A stretch of 40,452 nt of DNA, taken from NCBI RefSeq assembly GCF_006345805.1, contig NW_021835578.1:1-40452 (forward strand), read 5' to 3'. Under the pieces are notes generated by a model. It was not told where the DNA came from and ran no database searches. It worked only from the letters and a program-made list of their open reading frames with translations. Positions 1 to 13,550 of this stretch are shown here, piece after piece (positions within the stretch are counted from its first letter, which is position 1; each line of letters starts with the position of its first letter). The position numbers and the translations under genes were made by a program. The DNA is from Octopus sinensis (lineage: Eukaryota).

Positions 1-13
1 GGAACCCAACGTC

Positions 14-41
14 GTACCCTGGATGGGACGCTAGTCCGACT
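14..41 (-). mobile_element. Short fragment of SINE family C 3' region
   Basis: Reverse complement GTCGGACTAGCGTCCCATCCAGGG matches GTCGGACAGGTGTCCCATCCAGGG at about 15468-15492. Confidence 0.4.
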
Positions 42-724
42 CAAGGCTTAATGTCCAAAGAAATTTTGAAATCAAGTGACAAAGAGAATAACATAAACCA
101 ATATATAATAATAAATAGTAAATAAACACATGGATACGAGTAGCAATATATATATCGTATTCCTGTACAATAGAGTCGGAAACTATAGACTCTTTGAATG
201 TTCATGTTTTGTGTATAGAAGATCACGATCCTGAGGAGATAAAAGAAAAAATAAATTGGTACAGTGGGGTTCGGACTTCCTCCTTTTCACTCTACCTGTT
301 TGTTTTTTCTTTATTTTTTTTTTGGGGGGGGCTTTTTTTTGTTGTTTTTTTTACTTGTTTTCCGAAAATATTTTTTCGGATTCATAATCTCAGCTGTATA
401 AAACATAAATCTGCGAAAAAGATCTTTGAAAACAAAAGTGAAAGCTGGAAAAAAGAAGAAAAAAGGGGAAAAAAACAAGAAAATTACAAAAGTGGAGTGA
501 AGGGGCAAAAATTGGCCCCACCAAAGGAAAAGCTTGTCTTTTTTTTTTAATGCGGAATCGTAATATACGAAAATCGAAAACTGCGTTTTCGACCCACCTG
601 TATAAAAACGACACACATATATACAAACACATTATCATATATATAACTGTACACACACATATACATACATGTACTTCGTTATATATATTATACATACTTA
701 AACAAAAATGCTGGAAAGACTTAC

Positions 725-1044
725 ATGAACACTTTGTAACATCCAAGGGGAATCCCCGAGAGGCTGCCAGGTAAAGAATCCATAGTATTGTGTGCTTTCT
801 CCCAGAAAATGTCGAATATAGACCGATTGTCTCCTTCCTGTGCCAACGGCTTGGTCCGAAGGTAAGGGACCGTTTGTGTGTGTAGGTACTCATGGTTCGG
901 CCCGTAACGGCAGGCACAGCAACAGACTTTTTGCAACAGCAAAACTTGGTGGTGCCGTCCGCACTGGCCGAGCGTGGTAGTGCTCTGCGTGGATAGGGTC
1001 CAGCCATCCATGACGGGCTTTCATTCACATTCACCATAAACTGG
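725..1044 (-). CDS. Candidate exon of an unidentified gene; frame and strand unresolved
   Basis: Unique GC-richer island. The minus strand has CAG before 1044 and a CAT|GTAAGT donor at 725/724. One frame is open throughout (FMVNVNESPSWMAGPYPRRALPRSASADG...FPLDVTKCS). No family recognised. Confidence 0.25.
806..861 (+). CDS. Alternative candidate 56-nt exon on the plus strand
   Basis: Acceptor TGCTTTCTCCCAG| and donor AAG|GTAAGG. Reads MSNIDRLSPSCANGLVR (AAAATG context) or NVEYRPIVSFLCQRLGPK. Conflicts with the minus-strand call. Confidence 0.22.
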
Positions 1045-1115
1045 TAACTATATATATATATATATAATATATACAGATTCACTCACACAACATACGACAC
1101 GCTCGAGGGCATACG

Positions 1116-1160
<45 letters not shown>

Positions 1161-2517
1161 AACACACAAGCGCGCGAACACACACCCTGTTAACCTCCAC
1201 ACACCGCACTCACGGACACTCAATAATTACAGTAATAATGATAATAATAATAATACTTATAATTAGTATTATTAATAATCTATCGATCTGGAAAATATAA
1301 ATAATTCGATTCTTCCTTTCCTGTGACAACGTATGATACGAAATCCTTTAGAAGTTGGTAGAGTCATTGTCGAGATAAATGCAAATTTCTGGTGGTTTGA
1401 GATATTTTTTTTTCTGTGTTTGTGTTAATTATTTTGATGATTGATAAACAATAATATTTATAATCTTTATGATATTTTGGCGTTGTTGTTGTTACTTAAG
1501 TCTGAATATCCGATATCTATAAATGAACACATCCAATTATACATACGTATATATATATTATAGGAAAACAATGTAACGATAATGCGAAACGTTAATTTGA
1601 AGTTTAAAGACTTCTGAAAGTAGCTACCATTTCTTAATTCAGAGGGTTTACCGTAAATTCTGTAATTCTTGCTTAAATTGCCATCTTTTTTTTAGTTACA
1701 TTTTTGTATTTTTTCCCGTTTTTGTTTTTTTTCTTTTGTTTCTTTAAAACCGTGGTAATCCGTTTGTGACTGAATCTATTTTATAACTGTTTTCTCTTTT
1801 TTTTTTTGTTTGTTTCAAATATATATAATTATTTTTAATTATTCCTGATATTTTGTAAATTATTTGCAACTTTGAAATTTCTTCCTTCTTTTTACAAATC
1901 CAAAATTTGGTGACATCTACGGGGGGGGGCCTACAATTCAAACTTTGTGTCGCCACGAGAAGGAAGCAAGGTTGACGATATTATTACGTAAAAAGTTACG
2001 CTTGTTTGCGAGTTTAGGCATTCTCTCTTACACCTTTTCTTTCCGTCTCTGCAAGAAAATCCTTTAAAGCAAGCAGAGACAGACAGACAGAGAGAGAGAG
2101 AGTGCAACAGGGCTACGTTAATCGAAGCGAATCCAAGTTGAAGTGAAGTGGAAACGAGCAAAAGAAAAAAAAAACGAGAAGAAAAAAAAACACAATATCC
2201 CCCAAAATCGAAACCGTGGCGCTAAGTTTAGCTCACATGTAGACAGAAGGTGAGGTGGTTGATTTATATATAATCTCTACTTTCGCTTTTGCTCGCCTTC
2301 TCTTGTCTCTCCGGCGCGCTTGCTCTTCCCCTTGCTTTTGTTCTAAATACAAACCAATCGCTTATATACTCCTAGTAATAAATGACAAATTACTTTTAAG
2401 TGTCAATGCTGTTGTTGTTGTTATAATTGCTGCTAGTGTTGAATATTGTGATTGTTGTAACAGCTGCTGATGTTACCTGTTATGATTAATTTCTCCTTTC
2501 TTTCATATATATATATA

Positions 2518-2551
<34 letters not shown>

Positions 2552-3157
2552 ATAATTTCTCTCTTGAAGGGTGACGACGCTCAAGTACACTTTACAACAC
2601 AACACTGAAAGATAAATAAAAAAAAAACACCACTCAGGAGGACCACAGATTTAGACGTGTAGCTTCCTGGTGTTGGTTGTGGTGGTGGCGACGGTGGTGG
2701 TGATGGTAACAGTGAGAGTAATATTGATAGTGATGGTGGTGGTGGTGGGGAAGCTGCTGATACTGGTACTGCTGCTGCTAGTGCTGGTGTTGCTGCTGCT
2801 GAAGGTGGCGACGATGATGGATGAACGACGGAACTGACATGTTGTACGTAACGCTGCCGTTCGCACCTTTTTCTCCCTCCCTCCCCTTCCTCCGTCCCCC
2901 GTAAAAGTCAGAACCAAACGACGGAGAGAGAGAGAGGGTGGTAAGAGGCGAAATTTACTAAAACAGTTTCCAACAGAGAGGGGGGCGCAAAGGAAAGAGT
3001 TTAAGGGCTACCTACGGCCCCTTACCCGGTTCTCTGCACACAAACGATATCTCCTTTTTCTTCTTCTTCTTAACGTTACTATATCCTTGTATTTCTTACA
3101 TCCATAACAGTTTTCACCGATATTTTCCCATCTACACCTTGATATATATACATATAT

Positions 3158-3199
<42 letters not shown>

Positions 3200-3604
3200 T
3201 TTTTTATTATTATACAGGCAACTGCGATTTTATTTTTTCTCCTTTTTCCTCTTGTTCTTGTTGTTATTGTTGTACATAAATATTTTACCTCTTAAATAAC
3301 TTATAACTTTTAATTTCTCCTATTTGCAGAATATTGGTAGTTTTATTTTGCTTTGTAAATCTACTCTATTCATGTTTATATACACATACATATATATACA
3401 TACATATACATACATACATGAAAGAATAGCCAGGATTTTGACTGCTATTTCTAAACTTCAGTATGTGGTGAGGCAAATCGTTGCTGAACCCTAATTATTT
3501 AGTTTTACTTAAACTTACCATGAATTGGTCTTTTACATGCTGAATTCTACTTGGTGAAAATTACTGATTACTTCTTAATTAATTAATTAATTTCACCCTT
3601 TGTT

Positions 3605-3606
3605 AT

Positions 3607-3651
<45 letters not shown>

Positions 3652-4165
3652 GTATATATGTATGTATATATATACACGTGTGTCTGTGTTATTTCCACAA
3701 AAGAAACTATTTGTTATACGCATGTATAAATATGCGTGTATTTGTGTTACAGGTATGTATATGTGTATGTATATATATGCGTATATATATATGTGTGTGT
3801 ATATTTGTGTTACACAACAAAAGTAAAGCTATTTGCTACACATCCATACATACATGTATGTATGTATGTATACATGTATATACATGTGTGTATGTATGTA
3901 CGTGTGTGTGTATGTATGTATGTGTGTATGTATGTAGTATGTATGTGTACGTATGTGTGTGTATGTAATGTATGTGTATGTGTGTATGAATGTATGTGTG
4001 TGTATGTATGTGTGTATGTATGTATGTGCGTGTATGTATGTATGTGTGTATGTATGTATGTATGTATGTATCTATGTGTGTATGTATATATGTGTGTATG
4101 TATATATGTATGTATGTATGTATGTATGTGTGTATGTATGTATGTATGTATGTGTGTGTATGTAA
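3605..4165. repeat. Compound (TA)n/(TATG)n/(TG)n microsatellite block
   Basis: Direct reading of the sequence. Confidence 0.95.
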
Positions 4166-4627
4166 TCAGCTGAGTTAAGATGGTTATTCCGAGGGATGGA
4201 AGAATGTGGTGTGCGAAGTGAAAGAGGAGAAATAGTAACGGGTAGAAAGAATAATGGTATTATTGCTAAGGTTAGGGTGGAGAACGAATTGAAGGCGGGT
4301 TTGATAAACAATAAATAATGGAAGAAAGTAAAAGATCACCGGTTGACGTTTAAAGGTAAGGCCAGCAACCACTTGCAAACACTTAGAGAATATTTCCAGG
4401 TGAGAATAATCACTTTGGTAAATGTTCCGTAAATATGAGCTGGGATTTTTTTTTTTATTTCGTTCGTTTGTTTGATTGATGTTGTTGTTGTTTTATGTTT
4501 TTTTGTTTTTGCTTTTTGATGTTTTTGGGCGGAAAAGTAAAAGTGAAAGAAGGCAGGTTTGTGAATAGGAACTTGGAGAATTCCTTGTGTGGAAAAGGGT
4601 TCGTTTAGAGAGAGGGAGAAAGGGTAA

Positions 4628-4679
4628 AAGCGCGGTCGATAGATAGATAGATAGATAGATAGATAGACATAGATAGATA

Positions 4680-4711
<32 letters not shown>

Positions 4712-4713
4712 AC

Positions 4714-4744
<31 letters not shown>

Positions 4745-4784
4745 CGGCAGATAGATTAGATAAATATAGAGAGTAGAAGATGAG

Positions 4785-4830
<46 letters not shown>

Positions 4831-5015
4831 CAGATAGATAGATAGACAGATAGATAAATAGAGAGGTAGAGATAGATAGAGAGGTAGAGATAGATAGAGA
4901 GGTAGAGATAGATAGACAGATAGAGAGAGAGAGAGAGAGACAGACAGACAGCTAGATAGATAGGTAGAGATAGATAGATAGACAGACAGACAGCTAGAGA
5001 GATAGATAGATAGAT
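4628..5015. repeat. (GATA)n/(GA)n/(GACA)n microsatellite block
   Basis: Direct reading of the sequence. Confidence 0.95.
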
Positions 5016-5122
5016 AGCAATAGAACGTGTGTGTATAGTACAGAAGTTGCGTGTGTGTGTGTGTGTGGCTATGATAGAATTCGAGTCTGCGTTTTGCGTG
5101 TACGGCGTGCGTGTGCGTAAAA

Positions 5123-5131
5123 ATGGTAAGT
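5123..5131 (+). promoter_or_regulatory. Candidate start codon abutting a consensus splice donor (AAAAATG|GTAAGT)
   Basis: Perfect GTAAGT donor directly after an A-rich-context ATG. No downstream exon could be linked. Confidence 0.25.
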
Positions 5132-6049
5132 AAATATCCAAACGGAATACCTGAAAGAATGAAAATAATTGAAGAACAACAACAAAAGGACAGCTGATTA
5201 CGTTGGAAGGAAGAAGGAAGGAAGGAAGGCGGGGGACGATGGAATATTTAAATATTAAATTACAAAAAAAAAAAATTAAATTGTATAAAAAAACAGAATT
5301 TCTCTCGAGTTTTTCTTCTTTTTCTTTTTGGGTTTGAATTAGTTTTGAGGCATCACACCCCTATGTGTGTGTGTGTGTGTGTCTGTGTGTGTGTTTACGT
5401 CATTAGAACGTCTGTTATTGTTATGCAGACGATTCGGGTTCTCGTCCCACGAGCAGCAGCTTCCGACTTTTTTCTGTTCTCTCTTTCTTTTTTTTAATCC
5501 AATATTATTTACAAGCTATCATCACATATAAATATATCTTATACCTTTATAACTATCTGCTTTGTTTCACCATTCCCCTCCAAAAATAAAATATATATAC
5601 ATATCTATATAAATATTTGTATGAGTATGAGAGCATATGTATAGACGTATGTGTGTTTGTATATATATATATACATATATATATACATATATATATACAT
5701 ATATATTTGAATGAGAATGTATGTATATACGTATGTGCGTACTTTTCAGTCAAATAAAATACACCAGAGTAGGAAGAGACAGTGATGATGGCCACCACGT
5801 TCCATTACAGGAGGAAGGACGTTGTGTATATGTTACATTTTCAGCTGTTTGGTCTCCTATTTACATGTTGCTAATCGAACGTGCGCGTGTGCGCGTGCGT
5901 ATCACACAAACGGCCTGTTTGGCTGACTGCCTGCCTTGACTGACTGACTGAGTGCCTGGCTGCCTGTCTGATTGAATGTTTGACGTATTGACTGTATGTC
6001 GGTTTGACTGTTTGACTGTTTGACTGGCTGGCTGCTGTTTCGCTTTGCT

Positions 6050-7205
6050 TGGCTTACCTGTGTGTCTGTCTGTCTGTCTGTCTGTCTTACTGGATGTCTG
6101 ATTGTCGGTATTTTGGCTCATTCGAACCCCACCCCTTCCCGTCATCATTAATCATACATTTTTTATTTTCTCCCTCTCCATATCTATCTATCTATCTATC
6201 TGTCTGTCTGTCTGTCTATATCTATCTCTTTCCATCTATCTATCTATCTATCTATCTGTCTGTCTATCTCTCTTTTTCCATCTATCTATCTGTCTATCTA
6301 CCTATCATTTTTCTCACGTTTTCACGGTCTCTCATTTTCTTCTTTATTTTGTATCTTATCGCTCTATCACACACACACACTCTCTCTCCCTCTTTCTCTC
6401 TCTCTTTCGTGTATTCTCTTTTTTCTTTTTCCTTTCGCCATCTCCCTCACACACTCTCCCTCCCTCTTTCTCATACACACTCACTCTCTATTTCTCTCAC
6501 ACACGTACAGCATTACCTGTCGCTCTCTTTTGTCTCATACTATAACTCTTTCACACAGACACACTCACCCTCTCTCTCTATCTCTCACTCTCTCTCACAC
6601 ACACACAAACTCTCTTCCTCTCTCGCACACACAAACACACTTTGACATGTACACTGCTCTTTCTCATACAATGCGATATCACTCCCTTTATCCCTCTCTC
6701 TCTCTCTCTCTCTCCTCTCCCATACAAATCTCTACCTCTCGTCCACTTTTCTCTCTTGTATTCCACATATCTTTCTCACTCTCTCCCTCCCTCCCTTCCT
6801 CCCTTCCCCCTCTTTTCTCATTACTTACCTCTCACATTTTCCTCTCTCAGTATATCTTTAGCTCCCTCCCTCTCTGTTTCTTAATACACACACTCACAGA
6901 CACACGACACACACATACATACATATATATATATATATGTGTGTGTGTGTATCTCCACACACACACGACACACACGAGGTTTTCTCTCTTTCTGTCACTC
7001 ATTATTTCCTGCTTCTTACTCTCCTTTATTTCTCTCTTCCCATCTGCCTATCCACAGTCTGATAGATATAAACACAGACATGCACATTTTATACGTGTAT
7101 CTATATACATGCACACACATGTGTGCGTACGTATGTATACTATATGTATATATATGTGTGTGTGTATGTATGTATGTATGTATGTATGTACGTGTGTGTG
7201 TGTAT
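6050..7205. repeat. Pyrimidine-rich (CT)n/(TCTA)n/(CA)n block ending in (TATG)n
   Basis: Direct reading of the sequence. Confidence 0.9.
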
Positions 7206-7214
7206 AGGGAGAGA

Positions 7215-7378
7215 ATTCACAAAAAAAAAAACAAAAGACGAAGACAGGTGGTGTAGACAACAAACAGATGTATTAGTTTAATGCTCGGGAAGTGAAAAAG
7301 TCCTTTAACGTTTCGAGCCTACGCTCTTCTGCAGAAAGGAACAAGGAGAAAAATAAGAATATGTTTGTGGCCCGTTCT
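7215..7378 (-). mobile_element. Penelope-like pLTR fragment (copy D) with hammerhead motif
   Basis: Reverse complement aligns to 23345-23540 and contains TCCTTT-CTGCAGA-A-GAGC-GTAG-GCTC-GAAAC-GTT-AAAGGA. Confidence 0.65.
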
Positions 7379-7384
7379 ATCATA

Positions 7385-7486
7385 TACATATGTGTGTGTG
7401 TGTGTACTAATATATATATCTATATATAATATATATATATATGTGTGTACTATAATATATATATATATTATATATATATATATGTT

Positions 7487-7521
<35 letters not shown>

Positions 7522-8331
7522 ACTATATATATATATATTATATATATATATATATATATAGATAATAGATAGATAGAAGATAGATAGATAGATAGATAGA
7601 TAGAGAGATGAGAGATATTATATATATGCATATATATATAATATAGTTATACGCATTGTTGCCAGAATGTTAATTTGTCCAAACGTGATATGTGAGAGTG
7701 GTGTATGTAATGGTAAATTTATATTATATATCCATACATAAATAACATATAAATATATATAACATATATAGACTACATGATAGGGCATAAACAACATACA
7801 TATATATATATATACATACATACTACATATATATATATTATATAACATACATACATTATATATCATACATACATATATATATAATAATATATACATACAT
7901 ACATAATATATATATATATATACATACTACATATATATATATATTATAATACATACATACATATATATATATATCTACATACATACAATATATATATATA
8001 TATACATACTACATACATATATATAATATAGACATACATACCTACATATATATATATACATACATCATATATATATACATATATATATATACTATATATA
8101 TATACTACATACTAATATATAATATATATATATATATACAACATATATACATAATACATATACATATAATATACATATCACTATATACATACATATATAT
8201 ACATATATATACATACATATATATACATATATATATACATACATATCTATTATACATACATATATTATATATACATATATATATATAATATACATATATA
8301 TATATATATATACATCATATATATACATACA

Positions 8332-8385
<54 letters not shown>

Positions 8386-8400
8386 TATATATATATTGTG
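7385..8400. repeat. (TA)n/(TACA)n/(GATA)n microsatellite field
   Basis: Direct reading of the sequence. Confidence 0.95.
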
Positions 8401-8582
8401 TATATCTGTACAGATATACAGCTGAAACAAGTAAAAGAGTATACACAAACATTCACACACACCACACCACATACACAACACTTTTATTCTGCTGAAAACT
8501 TCCATGGCTCAAGAGTCGTGTGTGTGTGTGTGTGGTTCTTTTATGTATTGTATGTGGAAACGCAAGTGCTCGATACACTCAC

Positions 8583-8822
8583 ACGCATCGATGTTGAAAT
8601 ATGTTGTGTCTTGCGTGTGCTCCTGCTGCCGTGCGTGCGATGTGTTCGTGCGTTGTGTTGCGTTCTTGGTGTGTGTTTCGGTCAGAAATTCCTCATAGCT
8701 GAAGGTTTCGTGCGGTTCAGTGTTAATCAACCGATCGGAATCAAGACTCTGCGAGCGACCAATACGGTTGACTGACGTCAATGGCACGGAAACCTTCAGG
8801 TATGTGGAAGCAGACCGATTTT
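8583..8822 (-). CDS. Candidate 240-nt symmetric (phase 1-1) coding exon, product unknown
   Basis: Acceptor TAATTCTTTGTTTAG| at 8823, donor |GTGAGT at 8582, length divisible by 3, no stop codon (NRSASTYLKVSVPLTSVNRIGRSQSLDSDRL...TTYFNIDA). A plus-strand alternative (8699-8799, CAG|GTATGT donor) also exists. Confidence 0.3.
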
Positions 8823-9059
8823 CTAAACAAAGAATTACACACGCACACACAAAACAACACACGCGCACACTAAGACTAATCACTCACGCACACGGAACAC
8901 ACACAGAAACGTACACGATGCACACACACATTATTTATATAACTGTGTGTGTGTGTGTGTGCATGATTAGTTCGTATACACCTGAGACGTCACACTTGAC
9001 TTAATAAATTCCAGGTAAAAATCCACCATCGACACATCTCTTGCTGATGTGGATTTTTG

Positions 9060-9105
9060 TATAGATATATATGTATGTATGTATGTGTATGTATGTATGT
9101 ATGTA

Positions 9106-9138
<33 letters not shown>

Positions 9139-9353
9139 ATGTATGTGTGTATGTATGTGTGTGTATGTGTGTGTGTATGTATGTATGTGTGTGTATGTAT
9201 GTATGTGTGTATGCGTGTGTATGTATGTATGTATGTATGTATGTATGTATGTATGTGTGTGTGTATATATATATATATGTGTGTGTATGTGTATTTATAT
9301 GTGTATACATACGTCTATATATGCATATGTTTATGTATGTTTATATTTATATC

Positions 9354-9398
<45 letters not shown>

Positions 9399-9548
9399 CG
9401 TGTATATATATATATATATATACGTCTGTATATATAAGTATGCATATATGTTTATGTATATATGTGTATGTAAATATATGCATATATGTGTGTATATATA
9501 TGTATATATATATATGCATATATATATATATATGAATGAACATATATA

Positions 9549-9592
<44 letters not shown>

Positions 9593-9705
9593 TGTGCGCA
9601 TGTTTTATATAAATCGCCCTGTTGATATTTGGATATTTGTATGCATCCGTCACACACACACACACACATTATATGAATACACGTGTGTGAGTGTGTGTGT
9701 GTATG
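9060..9705. repeat. (TATG)n/(TG)n/(TA)n block
   Basis: Direct reading of the sequence. Confidence 0.95.
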
Positions 9706-9984
9706 TTGTGATGCGTTGACGACGAAGGCTGTTTCTCATGTTCGGAGCGAGAAACGAGAAACTTGCCGTAGAATTTGAGAGAGAGAGAAGGGGAGGGAGA
9801 GAGACAACGTGTGTGTGTGCGTGTGTGTGTGTGTACGTGTGTGGTGTGTGTGTACGTGTGTGTGTGTGTACGTGTGTGTGTGTGTGTACGTGTGTGTGTG
9901 TGTGTGGCCCTTAATCAAAGAGCCAGCCCGCCAGATTAACATTCAGACCAGCCGACCACTTGCAGGCAGTCAGGTGTGCTTCGC

Positions 9985-10320
9985 TCAACAACAACAACAA
10001 CAACAACAACCAAAAACAACTACGTCACAGCCACCACCATCATCATCATCATCATCATCACAATCATCATCATCGTCGACATCACAATCATCATCACCAT
10101 CACCGCAATCACCATCGTTGTCATCGTCATTAGTGTCACCACCACCACCACCACCACCAACAACAACAACACTACTACTACTAATACAATCATCACCATC
10201 ATCATCGTCGTCAACGTCATCAGCATTACCTCCGCCACCGTCGCCGCTGTCCTTATCGTCATCATCATCATCATCATTATCATTATCATCATCATCATCA
10301 TCATCATCGTTGTCATCATT
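9985..10320. repeat. (CAA)n/(CAT)n/(CAC)n trinucleotide block
   Basis: Direct reading of the sequence. Confidence 0.9.
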
Positions 10321-10721
10321 TAAAAAGGTCAAATCTGTTGTTGTTTAGAGACCCATTACAACTTTCAATCAAGCACAATGTAAATTACAGGCTTTCCAAC
10401 TGTGACCCTCACCGTCCAGTGCTTTCCTACACACAAATACACACAGATACACTTTAAAGAAAAAATCCAGAAAATGGTAACAGGAGAGAGTGAGTTGGAG
10501 GAGATCTATGGCTGTTCTTTCTAGCAGACCAGTCGACAGCCACAGAGCGTCCTGGACATGTGGCGGCGGTGGTGGTGGAGAAAGATAAAGGTGAGGTGAC
10601 GGAGATGACATTTGTGACTGGGGAAGTGTGATCTTAGCAACAGGAGTTACAGTTCCAGATTTCTGATGACAGGGGGACAGACGGAAAGACAAACAGACAC
10701 ACAGTGTGTGTGTGTCTGTAC

Positions 10722-10761
<40 letters not shown>

Positions 10762-10799
10762 CTTGTATGAAGTTTACGAACGTTACTATATAAACCATG

Positions 10800-11005
10800 T
10801 TTCGAAGAAAGCAAGAAAGACAGAAAGAAATAGAGACAAAGAGAAAAAGAAAGAAAGAAAAAACGAAGAAAGAAAGAAGGAAAGAATAAAAAAAGCAACA
10901 AAAGACAAAAAGAAAGAAGGAAAGAAAGAAAGAATGAAAATAAACGAAAACAAAAGGAAAAGCAGAGAGACGGATAGACTGTCGGATGGATAGAGATAGA
11001 AATAA

Positions 11006-11036
<31 letters not shown>

Positions 11037-11330
11037 TGTTTCTTTATTAGCCACACAGGGCTGCACACAGACAGGACAAATTATAAGGTAGAGCTTTTCT
11101 TTTGGGGTAAAAAAAAGGGGTTTGGCTTTCGATCAAAAGGGATCGTAAAAGGAAAGAAAGAGGACAAAAAAAAAGGGGGGGGATAAAATAAAAAAATAAA
11201 AAAAGATAGATAGATAGATGGATATATAGATAGATAGATGATAGATGGATGGATGGATGGATGGATGGATGGATGATGGATGGATGAGGATGATGGATGG
11301 ATGGATGGATGGATGGATGGATGGATAGAT

Positions 11331-11361
<31 letters not shown>

Positions 11362-12317
11362 GGATGATGGATGGAATGGATGGATGGATGGAGATGGATG
11401 GATGGATGGATGGATAGAAGATAGATAGATAGATAGATAGATAGGGATGGATACTGAAAGAGAGAGAGAACAAGTAAATAATAAGGTAAAGTGAAAGAAG
11501 AGAGCAGAGAGAAAAAAAAGTGTGTGTGTACGAAAGCTGAACAAAAAAGGAGAAAAGGAAAGTGAATAGGATGATAAGAGGAGTGTGGGGAAAAGAGAGA
11601 AAGACGGAGATAGTAAATTAATAATTTAAAGAAAAGATGAAAGAATAAGAGAATGAAAGAGGCGGGAAGCGAAGGAATGAGATTATTTAGAGAACGGGAA
11701 AGAGATACGTATAGAGAGAGAGAAAGCGAGTAACGTAGACAGACAGAGAAAAAGAGAGAAAAGATAGATAGATAGATAGATAGATGTGTGTGAGAGGGAG
11801 GGAGAGAAGCGGAGAATGGACAGAGAGCGAAAGGTAAAGACGGAGAAAGAGAGGAAGAGAATCAGAGGGAGAGAGAGAGAGAGAGACAGAGATTGTGTGT
11901 ATAAGTGTGACGTGGAGAAAGAGAGAGAGAGAGGTGTGTGTGGTGTGTGTGTGTGTGTGTGACGTTGGGAGAGAGAGGGGGTAAAGAAATAGATAGAAAG
12001 ACAGAAAGGGAGAGGAAAATAAGCAGATAGAGACTGACTGAAAGACGGAGAGAGAAAGAGAGAGAGAAAGGCGAAGCGAAGGAGAGAAACAGTGAGAGAA
12101 AAACGGGGTTAGAGAGACAGAGAGGCAAGGTGAGAAAAACGGAGAGAGAGAGAGCATGAGACAAGAAGTGACGGCGAGTGACAACGGGAGACAAAGAGAA
12201 AGAAATAGAGAAACTGAAGGAGAAGGTTCGAGAGGAAGACAAGAGATAGAGAGAGGGGCATGGCGAGGAAGACGGAGAGAAAGAGAGAGGGGCATGGCGA
12301 GGAAGACGGAGACAGAC

Positions 12318-12366
<49 letters not shown>

Positions 12367-12650
12367 GGGGGAAGAGGGAGACTGGCAGTGAGGAAAAGTG
12401 AAGATGAGAGGGACAGTGATAGAGAAACAGAGGGGGAGACAGAAACACAGACAGACATACAGCCATATAGATAGATAGATAGATAGAAGATAGATAGATA
12501 AGATATAGATAGATATAGATAGTATAGATAGATAGATAGATGATAGATAGATATATATATATAGATAGATAAATAGATAGATAGATAATAGATAGATAAA
12601 TAGATCTATAGATAAATAGATAGATAATAGATAGATAAATGATAGATAAT

Positions 12651-12698
<48 letters not shown>

Positions 12699-12860
12699 TG
12701 AGGGGGAAGAGGGAGATTGGCAGTGAGGAAAGCGAAGATGAGAGGGACAGTGACAGAGAGAGAGAGAGAGGAAGAGAGAGAGATAGAGAGAGAAGAGATG
12801 AGAGAGCGAGAAAGGAAGACAGATAGAAAGTTATATATATATATATATAAAAAAAAAGTA
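10800..12860. repeat. About 2-kb purine-rich tract of (GAAA)/(GATA)/(GATG)/(GA) repeats with internal duplications
   Basis: The plus strand is strongly A/G biased. Duplicated blocks at about 12252-12310 and at 12366-12425 vs 12700-12755. Confidence 0.9.
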
Positions 12861-13024
12861 GCGGGATGAAGGACGGAGAGGAGAAGGAGGAATGGGGGGG
12901 GGGATTGAAAGAGCAGACGACATTTGAGAGACTTTATTAAATATGGTTTTGTGAGAGTGATAAAGCATGAAGGAGGAAGATCTGGGAATGGAAGCGATTC
13001 AACTTCGTTCTCAGAGAGAGAGAC

Positions 13025-13285
13025 AGAGTGTGGTGGTGTGTGTGTGTTTTGCCTGTGTGTTTTGTGCGTGTGTGTGTTTTGTGTGTGTGTGTGTTTTGTG
13101 TGTGTGTGTGTTTTGTGCGAGTGTGTGTTTTGTGCGTGTGTGTGTGTATTTTGCATGTGTGTGTGTGTGTGTGTGTTTTGTGTGTGTGTGTGTTTTGTGT
13201 GTGTGTGTGTTTTGTGCGTGTGTGTGTGTATTTTGCATGTGTGTGTGTGTGTGTGTGTTTTGCGTGTTGTGAGTGTTTTGTAGTA
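13025..13285. repeat. (GT)nTTT minisatellite
   Basis: Recurrent GTGTGTGTTTTG unit. Confidence 0.9.
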
Positions 13286-13444
13286 TGAATGTGGTTGTGC
13301 GTGGTGTGTGAGTGTGCAAAAGTGTGGCTACGTGCGTTCTGTATGGTTGTGTGTATGAATGTGGTTACATGTATGTGTGTGTGTCTGTTGTTAGCGTGCG
13401 TGTGAGAGAGAAATTGTGTGTGCGTGTGCGTCCACGGAGGGACT

Positions 13445-13550
13445 GTGTTGACTTTACGATCATAAAGTCACGGGTTCAATTCCAGAACAGGACGGCATGT
13501 AGTGATTTCTATCTATCCTTGCGCAAAGTTACTTCCTTTTCACGTTGATC
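13445..13550 (+). mobile_element. Degenerate SINE family C
   Basis: TTTACGATCATAAAGTCACGGGTTCAATTCC (B-box-like) followed by CCTTGCGCAAAG...CACGTTG, matching the reverse complement of 14403-14540. Confidence 0.45.

Noticed and set aside
721-1011. PYLRTKPLAQEGDNRSIF resembling the COX6A C-terminus
   Set aside because: No upstream transmembrane helix and the wrong downstream sequence.
2651-2917. Ser/Thr-rich or Gly/Ala-rich ORF
   Set aside because: It is a degenerate (GGT)/(GCT)/(GAT) trinucleotide tract of the kind found throughout the window.
5785-5873. Short signal-peptide-like ORF MMATTFHYRRKDVVYMLHFQLFGLLFTCC
   Set aside because: It ends in a stop with no consensus splice donor and cannot be joined to any exon.
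10660-10695. CTGATGA...GAAA hammerhead-like string
   Set aside because: There is no pairing helix II and no NUH triplet after GAAA.
11687-13156. 489-aa ORF and the many [12 protein letters not shown]/poly-I ORFs in the track
   Set aside because: They are translations of di-, tri- and tetranucleotide repeats that lack stop codons by composition.
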